A stretch of DNA of 64,000 bases from Patescibacteria group bacterium (GTDB taxonomy: Bacteria > Patescibacteriota > Microgenomatia > UBA10105 > UBA927), in NCBI GenBank assembly GCA_023379025.1, contig JAMCTH010000009.1, positions 213,318 to 277,317 on the forward strand, given 5' to 3'. Below the pieces are notes generated by a model. The model saw only the letters and a list, made by a program, of their open reading frames with translations. It did no database searches and was not told where the DNA came from. Shown piece by piece: positions 38,026 to 48,057 of the stretch (position 1 is the stretch's first letter; each line of letters opens with the position of its first letter). The position numbers were made by a program, and so were the translations under genes.

Positions 38026-39261
38026 ATGAAGATTGCACTCGTTCATGATTATCTCCGGGAGTACGGCGGGGCAGAACGGGTTGTGGAGGCTTTGCATGAA
38101 CTCTGGCCGGAGGCACCGCTTTTTACGTCGTTTGTTGACTGGCAGGCGCTTGGCCCTCATGCCGGCCGCTTCCGCGGGTGGGATATCCGGACCAGCCCGG
38201 TTGCCGATAATTGGCTCATAAAAAAATTCCATTCTCCGCTCCGATTTTTGGCGCCCAAAATCTGGCAGAGCATTGATGTCTCCGGGTTTGACGTCGTTTT
38301 GTCTTCCAGCGGGTGGTTTATGTGCAGGGGGGTAGCGTTAGGGAACCCAAAAATCAAAGATAAAAAATCAAAAATACAATTAAAATATCATAATGCCGGG
38401 AAGGGTAACCAAATACACATCTGTTATATTCATCATCCCCCCCGCAATCTCTATGGGTACGCAACCGGAAGCACGCTGCAGAAATACTGGCCGGTACGGG
38501 TATATGCCGCAGTCATCAATTTTTTCCTCCGCCACTACGATTTTGAAACGGCGCAGCATGTGGATTATTTCATCGCAAACTCCAAAGAGACGGCCCGCCG
38601 CGTCATGAAATTTTACCGGCGGGAAAGCACCGTGATATACCCCCCGATTGAAATAAATCCCAAATATCAAATCCCAATGACCAGGCAAGTTCAACTTTCA
38701 AAATCAAAAATTGAAGGGAAGGAATACTGTCTGTCTGTCGGGAGGCTGACGTATTCAAAGAGGGTGGATTTAGCAATAGAGGCTGCAAACCGGTTGAACC
38801 TTCCCCTGAAAATTGTCGGGACGGGAAGCGAGGAAGCATGCCTCAAATCAATGGCGGGACCGACCGTTGAGTTTTTAGGATCAGTCTCCGATGAGGAGCT
38901 CGACAGTCTATACGAAAGAGCCAAGGCGCTCATCTTTTGCGCGCTGGATGAAGATTTCGGTATGGTACCGGTTGAGGCGATGGCGCACGGCGTTCCCGTC
39001 ATCGGGCTGGCACAGGGCGGCGTACTCGAAACGGTTCTTGACGGCAGGACCGGAGTTCTTTTTAAAGAGCCGACGGTTATGAGCCTGATTTCTGCCATTA
39101 AACGATTGGAGAAGGAGATGGGGAGAGGGGAGGATGGGGAGAGGGGAGGATGGGGAGAGGCGTGCCGCAGGCAGGCGGCAGTATTTCATGAAGATAGATT
39201 TAAGAAAGATATGCAAAGATTTATCGGTGAAAAATTGAGTAGGTTTATGAGCCGCACTTGA
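38026..39261 (+). CDS. Glycosyltransferase family 4
   Basis: MKIALVHDYL..GGAERV; EDFGMVPVEAMAHG. Confidence 0.92.
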   Translation: MKIALVHDYLREYGGAERVVEALHELWPEAPLFTSFVDWQALGPHAGRFRGWDIRTSPVADNWLIKKFHSPLRFLAPKIWQSIDVSGFDVVLSSSGWFMCRGVALGNPKIKDKKSKIQLKYHNAGKGNQIHICYIHHPPRNLYGYATGSTLQKYWPVRVYAAVINFFLRHYDFETAQHVDYFIANSKETARRVMKFYRRESTVIYPPIEINPKYQIPMTRQVQLSKSKIEGKEYCLSVGRLTYSKRVDLAIEAANRLNLPLKIVGTGSEEACLKSMAGPTVEFLGSVSDEELDSLYERAKALIFCALDEDFGMVPVEAMAHGVPVIGLAQGGVLETVLDGRTGVLFKEPTVMSLISAIKRLEKEMGRGEDGERGGWGEACRRQAAVFHEDRFKKDMQRFIGEKLSRFMSRT

Positions 39262-39304
39262 TACCAGCGCGTACGATTGATACAATGCGCTTTATCCCGG
39301 AACT

Positions 39305-39535
39305 ATGGCAGTACGTGAATTGGATGAATCGGAGACAGCGATAGACGGAATGATGAGTGAGCTTCGTGCTGCCTGGCAAGCGATCGGTGACCCGACTGTC
39401 CCAGGTGCATTTCTAGAGCTTGATTTACTAGAACAGAGCGTCAGTTTGGCGTTGCAAAAGTTGGGTTATTCGCCTCAACTGGCAAGAGCGGAAATGGAAC
39501 GCTTAGCGTATTACCACGAGATGGTCGGAGAATAA
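39305..39535 (+). CDS. Hypothetical protein
   Basis: 76-aa helical ORF filling the intergenic gap; TGATACAAT upstream. Confidence 0.5.
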   Translation: MAVRELDESETAIDGMMSELRAAWQAIGDPTVPGAFLELDLLEQSVSLALQKLGYSPQLARAEMERLAYYHEMVGE

Positions 39536-39616
39536 TTCCTTCTTTTTTTGCTATTTTCCGGGTTGCGTGATATTTATGGAGTTTTCCCATGGTTTGTGGG
39601 ACGATGGAAGGAGAGT

Positions 39617-40543
39617 ATGACAGAGCTACTATTAGATGTCAGGCAATTGACGAAACGGTTCGGTTCCCCGGCGGCGGGTTTTCTGGCCGTGGATAATATC
39701 TCCTTCGGGGTTCGTGAGGGGGAGATTGTGGGGCTTCTCGGTCCGAACGGTGCCGGCAAATCAACAACCATCTTTATGCTTCTCGATCTTATATCCCCGA
39801 CATCCGGGGAGATACGGATTTTCGGCGGTGACTACCGCCATAACCGAGATGCGATCCTCCAAAAACTTAACTATTCCTCGACCTACGTCGAAATGGCGCC
39901 GCGGCTGAGCGTTTACGAAAACCTCCTTGTGATGGCGCGCCTTTATCAGGTGCCGGACGAGAAAAAAGAAATCAGTACGTATGTCGATAAATTCGGGGTT
40001 CGGGAATTTCTCGGTGCGCAGTTTCATACGCTTTCGGCCGGCCAGAAGACGAGGGTTGTGCTTTGCAAGGCGTTTCTGAACCATCCCGCACTTCTTCTTC
40101 TCGATGAGCCGACAGCAAGCCTCGACCCGGATGTGGCGCTTCTCGTCCGGCAGGAGATACTCGAGTCGAGAACACGCGGCATGACAGTCCTCATCACCTC
40201 CCACAACATGGCGGAAGTTGAAGAGGTTTGTGATCGGGTGCTGTTTATCAATCATGGAAAGATCGTGTCCGAGGATACGCCGGTTGAACTCGCCCGGAAA
40301 GTCCGTCACATCCGGGTACAGCTCATGATGAAAGACGGACAAAAAAGGACGGTCGCATTCGCCAAAAAAGCGGGGTTTCCGGTAGAGGAAAAAGACCGCT
40401 TCGTGACGATTGAAGTCGACGAAGGGGATATCGCTTATCTTCTGGCAAGTCTTGCCGATCAGGGGGTAGAGTACCGGCAGATCTCGATCGACAAGCCGAC
40501 GCTTGAGGATTATTTCATCAAAATGCTGGGAGGCGGCGTATGA
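39617..40543 (+). CDS. ABC-2 exporter ATP-binding subunit
   Basis: GPNGAGKS, LSAGQ, LLLDEPT and SH motifs. Confidence 0.93.
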   Translation: MTELLLDVRQLTKRFGSPAAGFLAVDNISFGVREGEIVGLLGPNGAGKSTTIFMLLDLISPTSGEIRIFGGDYRHNRDAILQKLNYSSTYVEMAPRLSVYENLLVMARLYQVPDEKKEISTYVDKFGVREFLGAQFHTLSAGQKTRVVLCKAFLNHPALLLLDEPTASLDPDVALLVRQEILESRTRGMTVLITSHNMAEVEEVCDRVLFINHGKIVSEDTPVELARKVRHIRVQLMMKDGQKRTVAFAKKAGFPVEEKDRFVTIEVDEGDIAYLLASLADQGVEYRQISIDKPTLEDYFIKMLGGGV

Positions 40544-41328
40544 ACTGGCACAGGGTCGGCGCCATGGTGCTTAAAAATCAGTACGCGTTCCGCAGGGATG
40601 TGTTTAGGATTTTTGATATTTTCTGGTGGCCGGCGTTTCAGCTGTTTATCTGGGGACTCTTCAGCACCTATCTGGCCTCGGCATCGGCAAACCGGGTGAA
40701 CCTCGTGACGGTGCTTCTCGGAGGCATCATCATCTGGACGTTTTTTGACCGCGCAAGCAAGGACATCTCGCTTGCCCTGATAGATGAGCTGTGGAACAAA
40801 AACTTTATCAACCTTTTCTCCTCGCCGCTTACGGTGTCTGAGTACCTTATGGGGGTCGTCCTTATATCGCTTCTCAAGCTTTTCATAAGTGCCGCGTTTA
40901 TGTTTCTTATAGCCGGTGCGTTTTATTCCGTGCATATCACGACATTCGGATGGTATTTTGTACCCGCTGCCGTGGGGCTTACCCTCATGGGGTGGACGAT
41001 GAGCCTCATTGTCCAGGCGTGCATCATGCGGTGGGGCCATACGGTCGAGGTGTTTATCTGGGCAATCGCGACCCTCGTTCAACCGTTTTCCTGCGTCTTT
41101 TACCCGCTGCGGGCGCTTCCCGAATGGGCGCAGACCCTGGCGAGAGCGCTTCCCACGACATACCTTTTTGAAAACATGCGCAGTAACATGATGGGGCAGG
41201 GCATCATCCTGAGTCAGTTGGGGCTTTCCTTCGGGCTTAATATCCTGTATTTTTTGGTTGCACTCTGGTTTTTTTACCGGACGTTTGCCTATGCCAAAGC
41301 GCAGGGATTGATTATTAAGAACTACTAA
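40540..41328 (+). CDS. ABC-2 exporter permease
   Basis: About six TM segments; FYPLRALPEW...LPTTY. Confidence 0.88.
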   Translation: MNWHRVGAMVLKNQYAFRRDVFRIFDIFWWPAFQLFIWGLFSTYLASASANRVNLVTVLLGGIIIWTFFDRASKDISLALIDELWNKNFINLFSSPLTVSEYLMGVVLISLLKLFISAAFMFLIAGAFYSVHITTFGWYFVPAAVGLTLMGWTMSLIVQACIMRWGHTVEVFIWAIATLVQPFSCVFYPLRALPEWAQTLARALPTTYLFENMRSNMMGQGIILSQLGLSFGLNILYFLVALWFFYRTFAYAKAQGLIIKNY

Positions 41329-41329
41329 T

Positions 41330-42265
41330 ATGGAGCCGATTTTGACCGTGTCACACCTCAGCAAGCGATTCGGATCTCCGACGCACGGATTTGTCGCGGT
41401 TGACGATGTCTCCTTTACCCTTCGGGAAGGGGAGATACTGGGTCTTCTCGGCCCGAACGGCGCCGGGAAAACCACGACGATCACTATGTTGCTTGGCCTC
41501 ATCCTTCCGACCGCGGGGGATATATCTTACTTCGGCAAACCGTTTGGAAGCCACCGTCAGGCATCTCTTGCGCGGATCAACTTTGCTTCCTCTTATGCAC
41601 AGGTGCAGTCCAAGGTGACCGTCCGGCAAAATCTCCTGATTTATGCCGGACTCTACGCGGTGAGGGACACATCCAGGAGGATTGCGGAACTCCTCCGGCT
41701 TCTGGAAGTCGAAGATACGGCGGACCAGCTGTTTTGGAAACTGTCCTCCGGCCAGAAAACGCGCGTGATTCTTGCCAAGGCACTCATCAACCGGCCGCGG
41801 CTTATTCTTCTGGATGAGCCGACCTCAAGCCTGGACCCGGATATTGCCGCAAAAGTCATCGACATCATTAAAACCCTTCAGAAGAAAGAGGGGGTTGCGA
41901 TCCTCTACACAAGCCACAATATGAGGGAAGTAGAGGAAGTCTGTGACCGGGTGATGATCATGAGTCACGGAAAAATTGTTGCTGAGGATACCCCGCTCGA
42001 GCTCACAAAGAAAATCGGGAACGCGCGGGTGACGGTGACGTTTGACGGGCCGAGCGAAAAGGTGTTTTCGTATCTTAATGCCAAACAGTACCGTCACCGG
42101 TTTCCCCGCGGGCAGGTTGTGGCGGTGGATCTTCCGGGTAAGGCGATCCCGAAGCTCCTGTTCGGGCTGGCCAATGAGGGGGTCTGGCTTACCGACATCG
42201 ATATCGAAAAACCCGGACTTGAGGAAGTGTTTCTTTCCATCACAAAAGGATCTTATGAGCGCTAA
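41330..42265 (+). CDS. ABC-2 exporter ATP-binding subunit (paralog)
   Basis: GPNGAGKT, LSSGQ and LLDEPT motifs. Confidence 0.93.
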   Translation: MEPILTVSHLSKRFGSPTHGFVAVDDVSFTLREGEILGLLGPNGAGKTTTITMLLGLILPTAGDISYFGKPFGSHRQASLARINFASSYAQVQSKVTVRQNLLIYAGLYAVRDTSRRIAELLRLLEVEDTADQLFWKLSSGQKTRVILAKALINRPRLILLDEPTSSLDPDIAAKVIDIIKTLQKKEGVAILYTSHNMREVEEVCDRVMIMSHGKIVAEDTPLELTKKIGNARVTVTFDGPSEKVFSYLNAKQYRHRFPRGQVVAVDLPGKAIPKLLFGLANEGVWLTDIDIEKPGLEEVFLSITKGSYER

Positions 42266-43043
42266 TCGGATTGTTTATATCCTCCTCCATACCTGGTACC
42301 ACTTCATCCACAGTATGGAAACGTGGGTCGACATCTTCTGGAATACGACGGTCAACCTTCTTATTTTTATCTTTATCGCAAAGCTCATCGCGGGAGGGAG
42401 CGCAGTCGGCGTAGAGGGGGCGGGACTTATCCTGGGCATGGTGTTCTGGAACGCCGTGTGGGTCGGGCAATACAATGTGACCATCGGCGCTCTCTGGGAG
42501 ATGTGGTCCAAAAGCTTCAATACGCTTTTTATTACCCCGCTCACCATGGAGGAATTTATCGTGGGACAGATGATATCCGGCGCTCTTAAGTCAATAATAG
42601 CAGTCGTTATTTCGGCGCTCGTTGCATACTGGCTGACCGGACTTTCCGTCATTACTCTCGGGTGGATGCTCCCGGTCTATGTGTTTGAACTGCTGGCTTT
42701 TTCCTGGGGGATAGGCCTTATGGTACTGGCCCTCATCATGCGGCTCGGAACGGATGCAGCTTCGCTTTCCTGGTCTCTCGTGTTTCTCGTACAGCCGTTC
42801 GGCGGAGTATTTTATGCGGTGACGGTGCTGCCGGATGCATTGCAGAAAATTGCCGCGCTGTTTCCGAGTACGTATATTTTTGCCGCGATTCGCGCCCAGT
42901 ACCTTGATGGCGTCTTAGAGACGGGAAATACCTGGAGAGCACTTGGACTGGATGCCGTATGGATTCTGCTCGGGTATATTGCCCTCCGGCTGGCCCTGCG
43001 GCAGACGCTCACAAGCGGCGCGTTTGCCAGGCTCAGTGAATAA
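42255..43043 (+). CDS. ABC-2 exporter permease (paralog)
   Basis: About six TM segments; EMWSKSFNTLFITP parallels ELWNKNFINLFSSP of the first permease. Confidence 0.88.
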   Translation: MSANRIVYILLHTWYHFIHSMETWVDIFWNTTVNLLIFIFIAKLIAGGSAVGVEGAGLILGMVFWNAVWVGQYNVTIGALWEMWSKSFNTLFITPLTMEEFIVGQMISGALKSIIAVVISALVAYWLTGLSVITLGWMLPVYVFELLAFSWGIGLMVLALIMRLGTDAASLSWSLVFLVQPFGGVFYAVTVLPDALQKIAALFPSTYIFAAIRAQYLDGVLETGNTWRALGLDAVWILLGYIALRLALRQTLTSGAFARLSE

Positions 43044-45135
43044 CTGAAGCACCTCTCATTTGTCTCGCCTGTACAACCAAAAGCTTACCGTCCGTTGTGA
43101 TGATGAGTTCCACATCCTGAAATTGCTGAAAGATCCGTTCTATTTGCTGAACCGTTTCAATAATATCCAAAATAGAGTCGGCAGGAACATCTGGCGGATT
43201 TCCGGTGACTATTATGTCCTTTTGTTGAACTGTACCTGATCGTGGGTATTTGATTTGTATTTTATCCGTTGCTGTAGCGGAAACCAGCGATTCGGGTGTA
43301 CCTTCAGTCAGTTCTATAAGAAATTCATCTTGACTTGTAAAAATGACTGCCCCTATTGACGCATCTGATACATACTGTTGGACTATCACTCCCAAATCCA
43401 TTTGTGAAGGGTTATGTCCGAGATGACGGAGTGTCCGGATGCTTTCCGGTTTGAAGTAGCTTGTGAGTGTCTTGCGGATTGCTTCGATAACGGACTGTTC
43501 GGGAATATCGACCACCGAGTCGTAGAGTCCTGCTAAGGAATAAGGCCCGTCTTCCGGTCCGGAGGAACGTACGGCAAACCGAGTATAGGGATGGTTATCG
43601 AGCGCTATACGCAGCTGTTCAATAAAAGCGGGCGGAACCGGAGCGTGAGTAATTTTTTCCTGTATTTGTCGTGTCAGGCGATTTATCTGGCGATCTCTGT
43701 CAGGGTTTACGACATCAAGCTGATGAATAAGCGCGTCTAGCCCAATGTCATGGAGGAGATTGCGTATAGCTTCACTGGTGAGGGCAAATCCTGGCGGTAC
43801 CGGAATGTTATAATACAGCAATTCTGCCAGAGCAGCAGCTTTTCCCCCAGCTTCCCTGTTTCTCAAAAGATTATAATCCGTAAGGTCAATAATTGCCCGT
43901 TTGTATGGATCAAGAAATTCAATAATAGGATCGCCATGTTCTGATAGGGATATGTTTACGCGCTCGCCATCCCAATATGACCGATCTCCAACGTGAATGA
44001 CATTGTGATGACTGTCTATGAGCGCTCTAGCCGGGTGCGATGTTTCAGCGGAGCCGTAGAGGAGCGCAGTAACCCGTTCAATCCCCGGAATCGTCGCAAC
44101 CCTGTGAAAAAGGTCAGAAGCACGGTTTCGGAAGGCACCGGGACCAAAATAGACAATCGGATGCGATCCTGTGATTTTTTGCAGATCATCCTCCGTTTCG
44201 ATGCGTACGATCGTACCGGTTATCGCTTCACCGGGAACAATGTGCAGGAGGCGATCCTGATCAGGAGCGTATGGAGCAATTTCCCTGATATAAACACCAT
44301 CTTCCTGAACGATAAATTCCAATCGTGAATTTGGGCGGGTTGCAAACACCTTAGCTGCCTGGTCTGCAAGATCCAGGAGCTCTCTATCCGTGAGTGCGGG
44401 CTCCAGCTGAAATTCCTTGGGAACAGTGTACGGCCAGTATTCGTTTCCAATGCCGGGAATGAGAGTGCGATATTTGAGCGCGATTTCCATAGCAGTTCGG
44501 GAGTTACGCTCAGTGTCATAATATATCGTATCGGTTGGACAACTTTGGACCGCTTCATCGGCTCCGAACGTGGCGACTATTTTAATCAGGCCCGGTCTAC
44601 CGGGTACCGGAGTGGGTACGATATATCCTCCGGTCCACGGAAGCTTTTCTTTTTCCGGAACCGGTATCCGTCCATAATAATCGCGTCGATCCATGACATT
44701 GATAAACGGATGGAGGATGAGCGCGATATCACATCCTTCTTGGTCGTACCCGTTTGCTCCGGCATAGTCCCAGATTTCCAAAACCTGTCGTACATACTCA
44801 TCCTTTTCATAAATTGCCGCGCTTCTGGGGCCTTTCGGGTTATCCACACCCGGGACATAGACGGCACGGCCGACGTAGGCACCCCGTGTGGGATTAGCTT
44901 TGCGGATTACATCAAAGACATCACCGATTTCTATTGCAAGTTCATCGGTGAGCCCGTGATCACGGTATTCGACGAACGCTTCATGACCGAGAACAAACAT
45001 GGGATCCGGCGAGCGTAGACCGAGCTTGGTCATTTCTTGATATCCCTGAAGTTTGGAGGAGGGACTTTCATAGTTATCGAGGCTAAAAACGAACTGCGAC
45101 ACACCGTCGTCTTGCTTAAATTCGATACCTGGCAT
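43033..45135 (-). CDS. PPDK/PEP-synthase-like protein: degenerate ATP-grasp, phospho-His-like domain, ATP-grasp
   Basis: C-terminal GGKAAAL..IPVPPGF, AVRSS, SLAGLYDS, VIVQQYV, QDVE..QAR; central ETSHPA. Start placed at 45135 (TGCTATACT upstream). Confidence 0.75.
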   Translation of the reverse strand: MPGIEFKQDDGVSQFVFSLDNYESPSSKLQGYQEMTKLGLRSPDPMFVLGHEAFVEYRDHGLTDELAIEIGDVFDVIRKANPTRGAYVGRAVYVPGVDNPKGPRSAAIYEKDEYVRQVLEIWDYAGANGYDQEGCDIALILHPFINVMDRRDYYGRIPVPEKEKLPWTGGYIVPTPVPGRPGLIKIVATFGADEAVQSCPTDTIYYDTERNSRTAMEIALKYRTLIPGIGNEYWPYTVPKEFQLEPALTDRELLDLADQAAKVFATRPNSRLEFIVQEDGVYIREIAPYAPDQDRLLHIVPGEAITGTIVRIETEDDLQKITGSHPIVYFGPGAFRNRASDLFHRVATIPGIERVTALLYGSAETSHPARALIDSHHNVIHVGDRSYWDGERVNISLSEHGDPIIEFLDPYKRAIIDLTDYNLLRNREAGGKAAALAELLYYNIPVPPGFALTSEAIRNLLHDIGLDALIHQLDVVNPDRDRQINRLTRQIQEKITHAPVPPAFIEQLRIALDNHPYTRFAVRSSGPEDGPYSLAGLYDSVVDIPEQSVIEAIRKTLTSYFKPESIRTLRHLGHNPSQMDLGVIVQQYVSDASIGAVIFTSQDEFLIELTEGTPESLVSATATDKIQIKYPRSGTVQQKDIIVTGNPPDVPADSILDIIETVQQIERIFQQFQDVELIITTDGKLLVVQARQMRGASVIH

Positions 45136-45254
45136 AGGAAGATAAGTTCGAGGCAGGAATCGGGCGAAGTATAGCAGAGAGGGGGAGGGAAGTAAAACCA
45201 AGACAGCCTGATTCGGTATCATTTAGGTAATTTCATAATGATAGAATACTAATT

Positions 45255-47189
45255 ATGTCAGAATTATTAAATCAGCCTGTTGACGTTAGTCGACCATCCA
45301 AACGTGGGGGAGAAACTCTTCAATATGAAAATCATTCTGTCACAGGTGATTTCGCATGTTTATTAACTCCCGCCCAAATAATGAGTGGAATACATACATT
45401 AGCGATGGACCTGCCTCACGATCTTGCACAAACTATCCCAGACGGTGACAATAATCAGCATAAGCGTGAGATAGTAACTGTTTCTCTATTTATTAAAGAT
45501 CACCCGGGTCTCGCAATATCGAATGAGAGGGTGCGTTGGTTAACAGAGCTCATAAAAACCCATCATCTTGAAGACGTTCGTCACCATGCCGCTGAGGCAT
45601 TCGGCGCAATGCTTGCGGTAAGCGAAGCTGATGACAAGAGAACTTTATCAGATGTACTTGGTGTTAGTCCCGATAGGGAGGGTTTCAATAGTCAAGTTAT
45701 TGATGCCTTTCAACTCGGAAAAATATATGAGACAGAAGATGTTTTCAAACATATGTCCCCGTTCATGCAAGAAGCTATTCTTCTCCGGGCCGGAAAATCA
45801 GACATTTATCGTATAGTCAATTTTCTTGACTCTCATGGTGAACAGAAAGTAGATTTACTTGAATTAGCTGGAAAAAGTCTTGACACAACTCAGCTTTCCG
45901 GACCTGCCTTTATTCAAATGGTTAGGAGTGTAATTCCAGAGAGAAACGCTTTAGGCCATGCCGATTGGAGAATAAGAGCTTTGGCAGCAGACTTCGTGCG
46001 CATTGGAGAGTTGGATGTAGATATTGAAACAATTTATGAACGTATTAAAACGGATCCCGAGGAAGAAGTTCGTGTAAGGGCTAGGAACGCTTTGGTAGCC
46101 AAACTTTCTTCATTATCTGGTTTGGAATTAGATACATGGGCAACACGATTATTAAACGATTACAATGAGCTTTCGGAACAAGAATTACGTTATGTTGCGG
46201 GAGTGCTCCCTCGGATAGTATCATTTCTATCTTCTGATAGAAAGCGGGATACAGTTACTAGTCTCATGCAGACGGGTCGTTTGCATCATGTCCCCTATAA
46301 CCGAAAAACTGCAATAAAGTCACTAGCAAAAATTGCATCCTCATTAGATGAGGAGCAGGAAGAGAGGATTAAAAATTTTATTATTGGCTCTCTTCGTGAC
46401 GTCTCTCCTCTTGTACAAGAAGAGGCATGGTTGAGTTTAGGTAAAAGATTGACAAAAACACTAAGCGCGCGACAGGCGAAGAAAATATTGGCAAACTTGT
46501 CGCTTGATGGAAAAGACTGGTACTACAAAAGTATCGTAGCGAAGGCGTTAGCACAATTAGATACTATATATCCTAGTTGGCCGACAAGTCAGACCAAACC
46601 AGATGTACTTATGTTTCCCGGAACATTCGATCCCATCCATAAAGGCCATATCGAGAGTGCGAAAGCGGCAGCTGAACTAACGGGGAGAGAGGTTTGGATA
46701 GTTCCGAACATAGTTCTTCGAAGAAAAGAACCGGTTGACATTCAGAATCGTCTTGAGCTTATTAGGAGTGCGATTGCTGACCTGCCGGATGTATTTGTTG
46801 TTCCTATAGAAATTTTATATAGAGACGGAGTGCCCATAGACACAAAATTAGATAAACGTAAGGTCCTCAGCAAATACGTTCGAGATATAGGTTTTTTAAG
46901 AGGAGCAGATGCGCTATCGCGTCCGGGATACAAAGATTCATCCAGTCCATTGAGGCACATTTTTCATGTTATTTCGTCGAGAGGCATGAAAGGAGTCAAA
47001 ACGATGCTTTTGAATGAGGGACTTCATTGGGAAGTGGTGGAGCAAAAAACAGTGGTCTCAAGTACACAAATCAGAGAGTTGTTCGGTAGCGGAAGACAAG
47101 AAGAGGCATATAAGATGCTTTTGCCTTTGCAAATACAATTGCTTAGTTCTAATCGATGGTATCCTGCTGTCAACAATAACATTGTTTGA
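45255..47189 (+). CDS. HEAT-repeat protein with C-terminal NadD/cytidylyltransferase-like domain
   Basis: HEAT motifs (DWRIRALAA, EEVRVRARNAL, PLVQEEAWLSL); FPGTFDPIHKGH; GAD; SSTQIR. Confidence 0.75.
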   Translation: MSELLNQPVDVSRPSKRGGETLQYENHSVTGDFACLLTPAQIMSGIHTLAMDLPHDLAQTIPDGDNNQHKREIVTVSLFIKDHPGLAISNERVRWLTELIKTHHLEDVRHHAAEAFGAMLAVSEADDKRTLSDVLGVSPDREGFNSQVIDAFQLGKIYETEDVFKHMSPFMQEAILLRAGKSDIYRIVNFLDSHGEQKVDLLELAGKSLDTTQLSGPAFIQMVRSVIPERNALGHADWRIRALAADFVRIGELDVDIETIYERIKTDPEEEVRVRARNALVAKLSSLSGLELDTWATRLLNDYNELSEQELRYVAGVLPRIVSFLSSDRKRDTVTSLMQTGRLHHVPYNRKTAIKSLAKIASSLDEEQEERIKNFIIGSLRDVSPLVQEEAWLSLGKRLTKTLSARQAKKILANLSLDGKDWYYKSIVAKALAQLDTIYPSWPTSQTKPDVLMFPGTFDPIHKGHIESAKAAAELTGREVWIVPNIVLRRKEPVDIQNRLELIRSAIADLPDVFVVPIEILYRDGVPIDTKLDKRKVLSKYVRDIGFLRGADALSRPGYKDSSSPLRHIFHVISSRGMKGVKTMLLNEGLHWEVVEQKTVVSSTQIRELFGSGRQEEAYKMLLPLQIQLLSSNRWYPAVNNNIV

Positions 47190-47255
47190 CAAACGGGAAA
47201 TATCTTCGTAATATAGGAAAACACCTTTCGGGCAGCGTGGTTTAAAACAGAAGCC

Positions 47256-47957
47256 ATGAGTTTCGGAAAAGACACATTTGTCCTCTCTCTCGGCGGATCC
47301 CTTGTCGTTCCCGACGGCGGCATTGATACCCGATTCCTCATTGATTTTAACCGGTTTATCCGTACCCAAGTCTCCTCGCAAAAGAGGAGATTTTTTATTG
47401 TTGTCGGCGGGGGAGCGACCACCCGGCACTACCAGAGCGCCGCGCAGACCGTGCGGGGAGAAAAAATCGTTGACGAGGACTTGGACTGGCTGGGGCTTCA
47501 TGCGACCCGCCTGAATGCCCAGCTTATCCGGACCATATTCCGCGACATCGCCGATCACCGCGTGATCAAGCATTATGAGATCATCCTCAAGATCGATAAA
47601 CCCGTTGCCATCGCCGCCGGATGGAAGCCCGGCTGGAGCACGGATTACTGCGCCGTGACGCTTTGCCAGGATTACGGGATGCGGCAGGTCGTGAACCTCA
47701 CCAATGTCGATCAGGTCTACGACAAGGATCCGAAAAAATACAGCGATGCCAAACCCCTGACGGAAGTCAGCTGGAAGAAGTACCGGGCCATCACCGGGAA
47801 CACATGGACGCCGGGGATGAACCTGCCCTTTGATCCGATTGCCTCAAAGCTTGCCGACGAGTTGGGCGTGACGGTCAAAATCATGAATGGTCAGGATCTG
47901 GACAATGTCGGCCGCGCCCTGGACGGGAAGAGCTTCAAAGGAACCACGATAAAATAA
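47256..47957 (+). CDS. pyrH: UMP kinase, archaeal type
   Basis: LSLGGS, VVGGGATTR, PGWSTD, YDKDP and PFDPIA motifs. Confidence 0.9.
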   Translation: MSFGKDTFVLSLGGSLVVPDGGIDTRFLIDFNRFIRTQVSSQKRRFFIVVGGGATTRHYQSAAQTVRGEKIVDEDLDWLGLHATRLNAQLIRTIFRDIADHRVIKHYEIILKIDKPVAIAAGWKPGWSTDYCAVTLCQDYGMRQVVNLTNVDQVYDKDPKKYSDAKPLTEVSWKKYRAITGNTWTPGMNLPFDPIASKLADELGVTVKIMNGQDLDNVGRALDGKSFKGTTIK

Positions 47958-48057
47958 CACATAATTTTATTGTTCGATTATCAAATTGTCAAAGAACGCT
48001 TCGGTTGGGTTTTGGTTTTTTCCGGGTGTCCGCGAGGGCGTGTTACAATAGGCCCGT

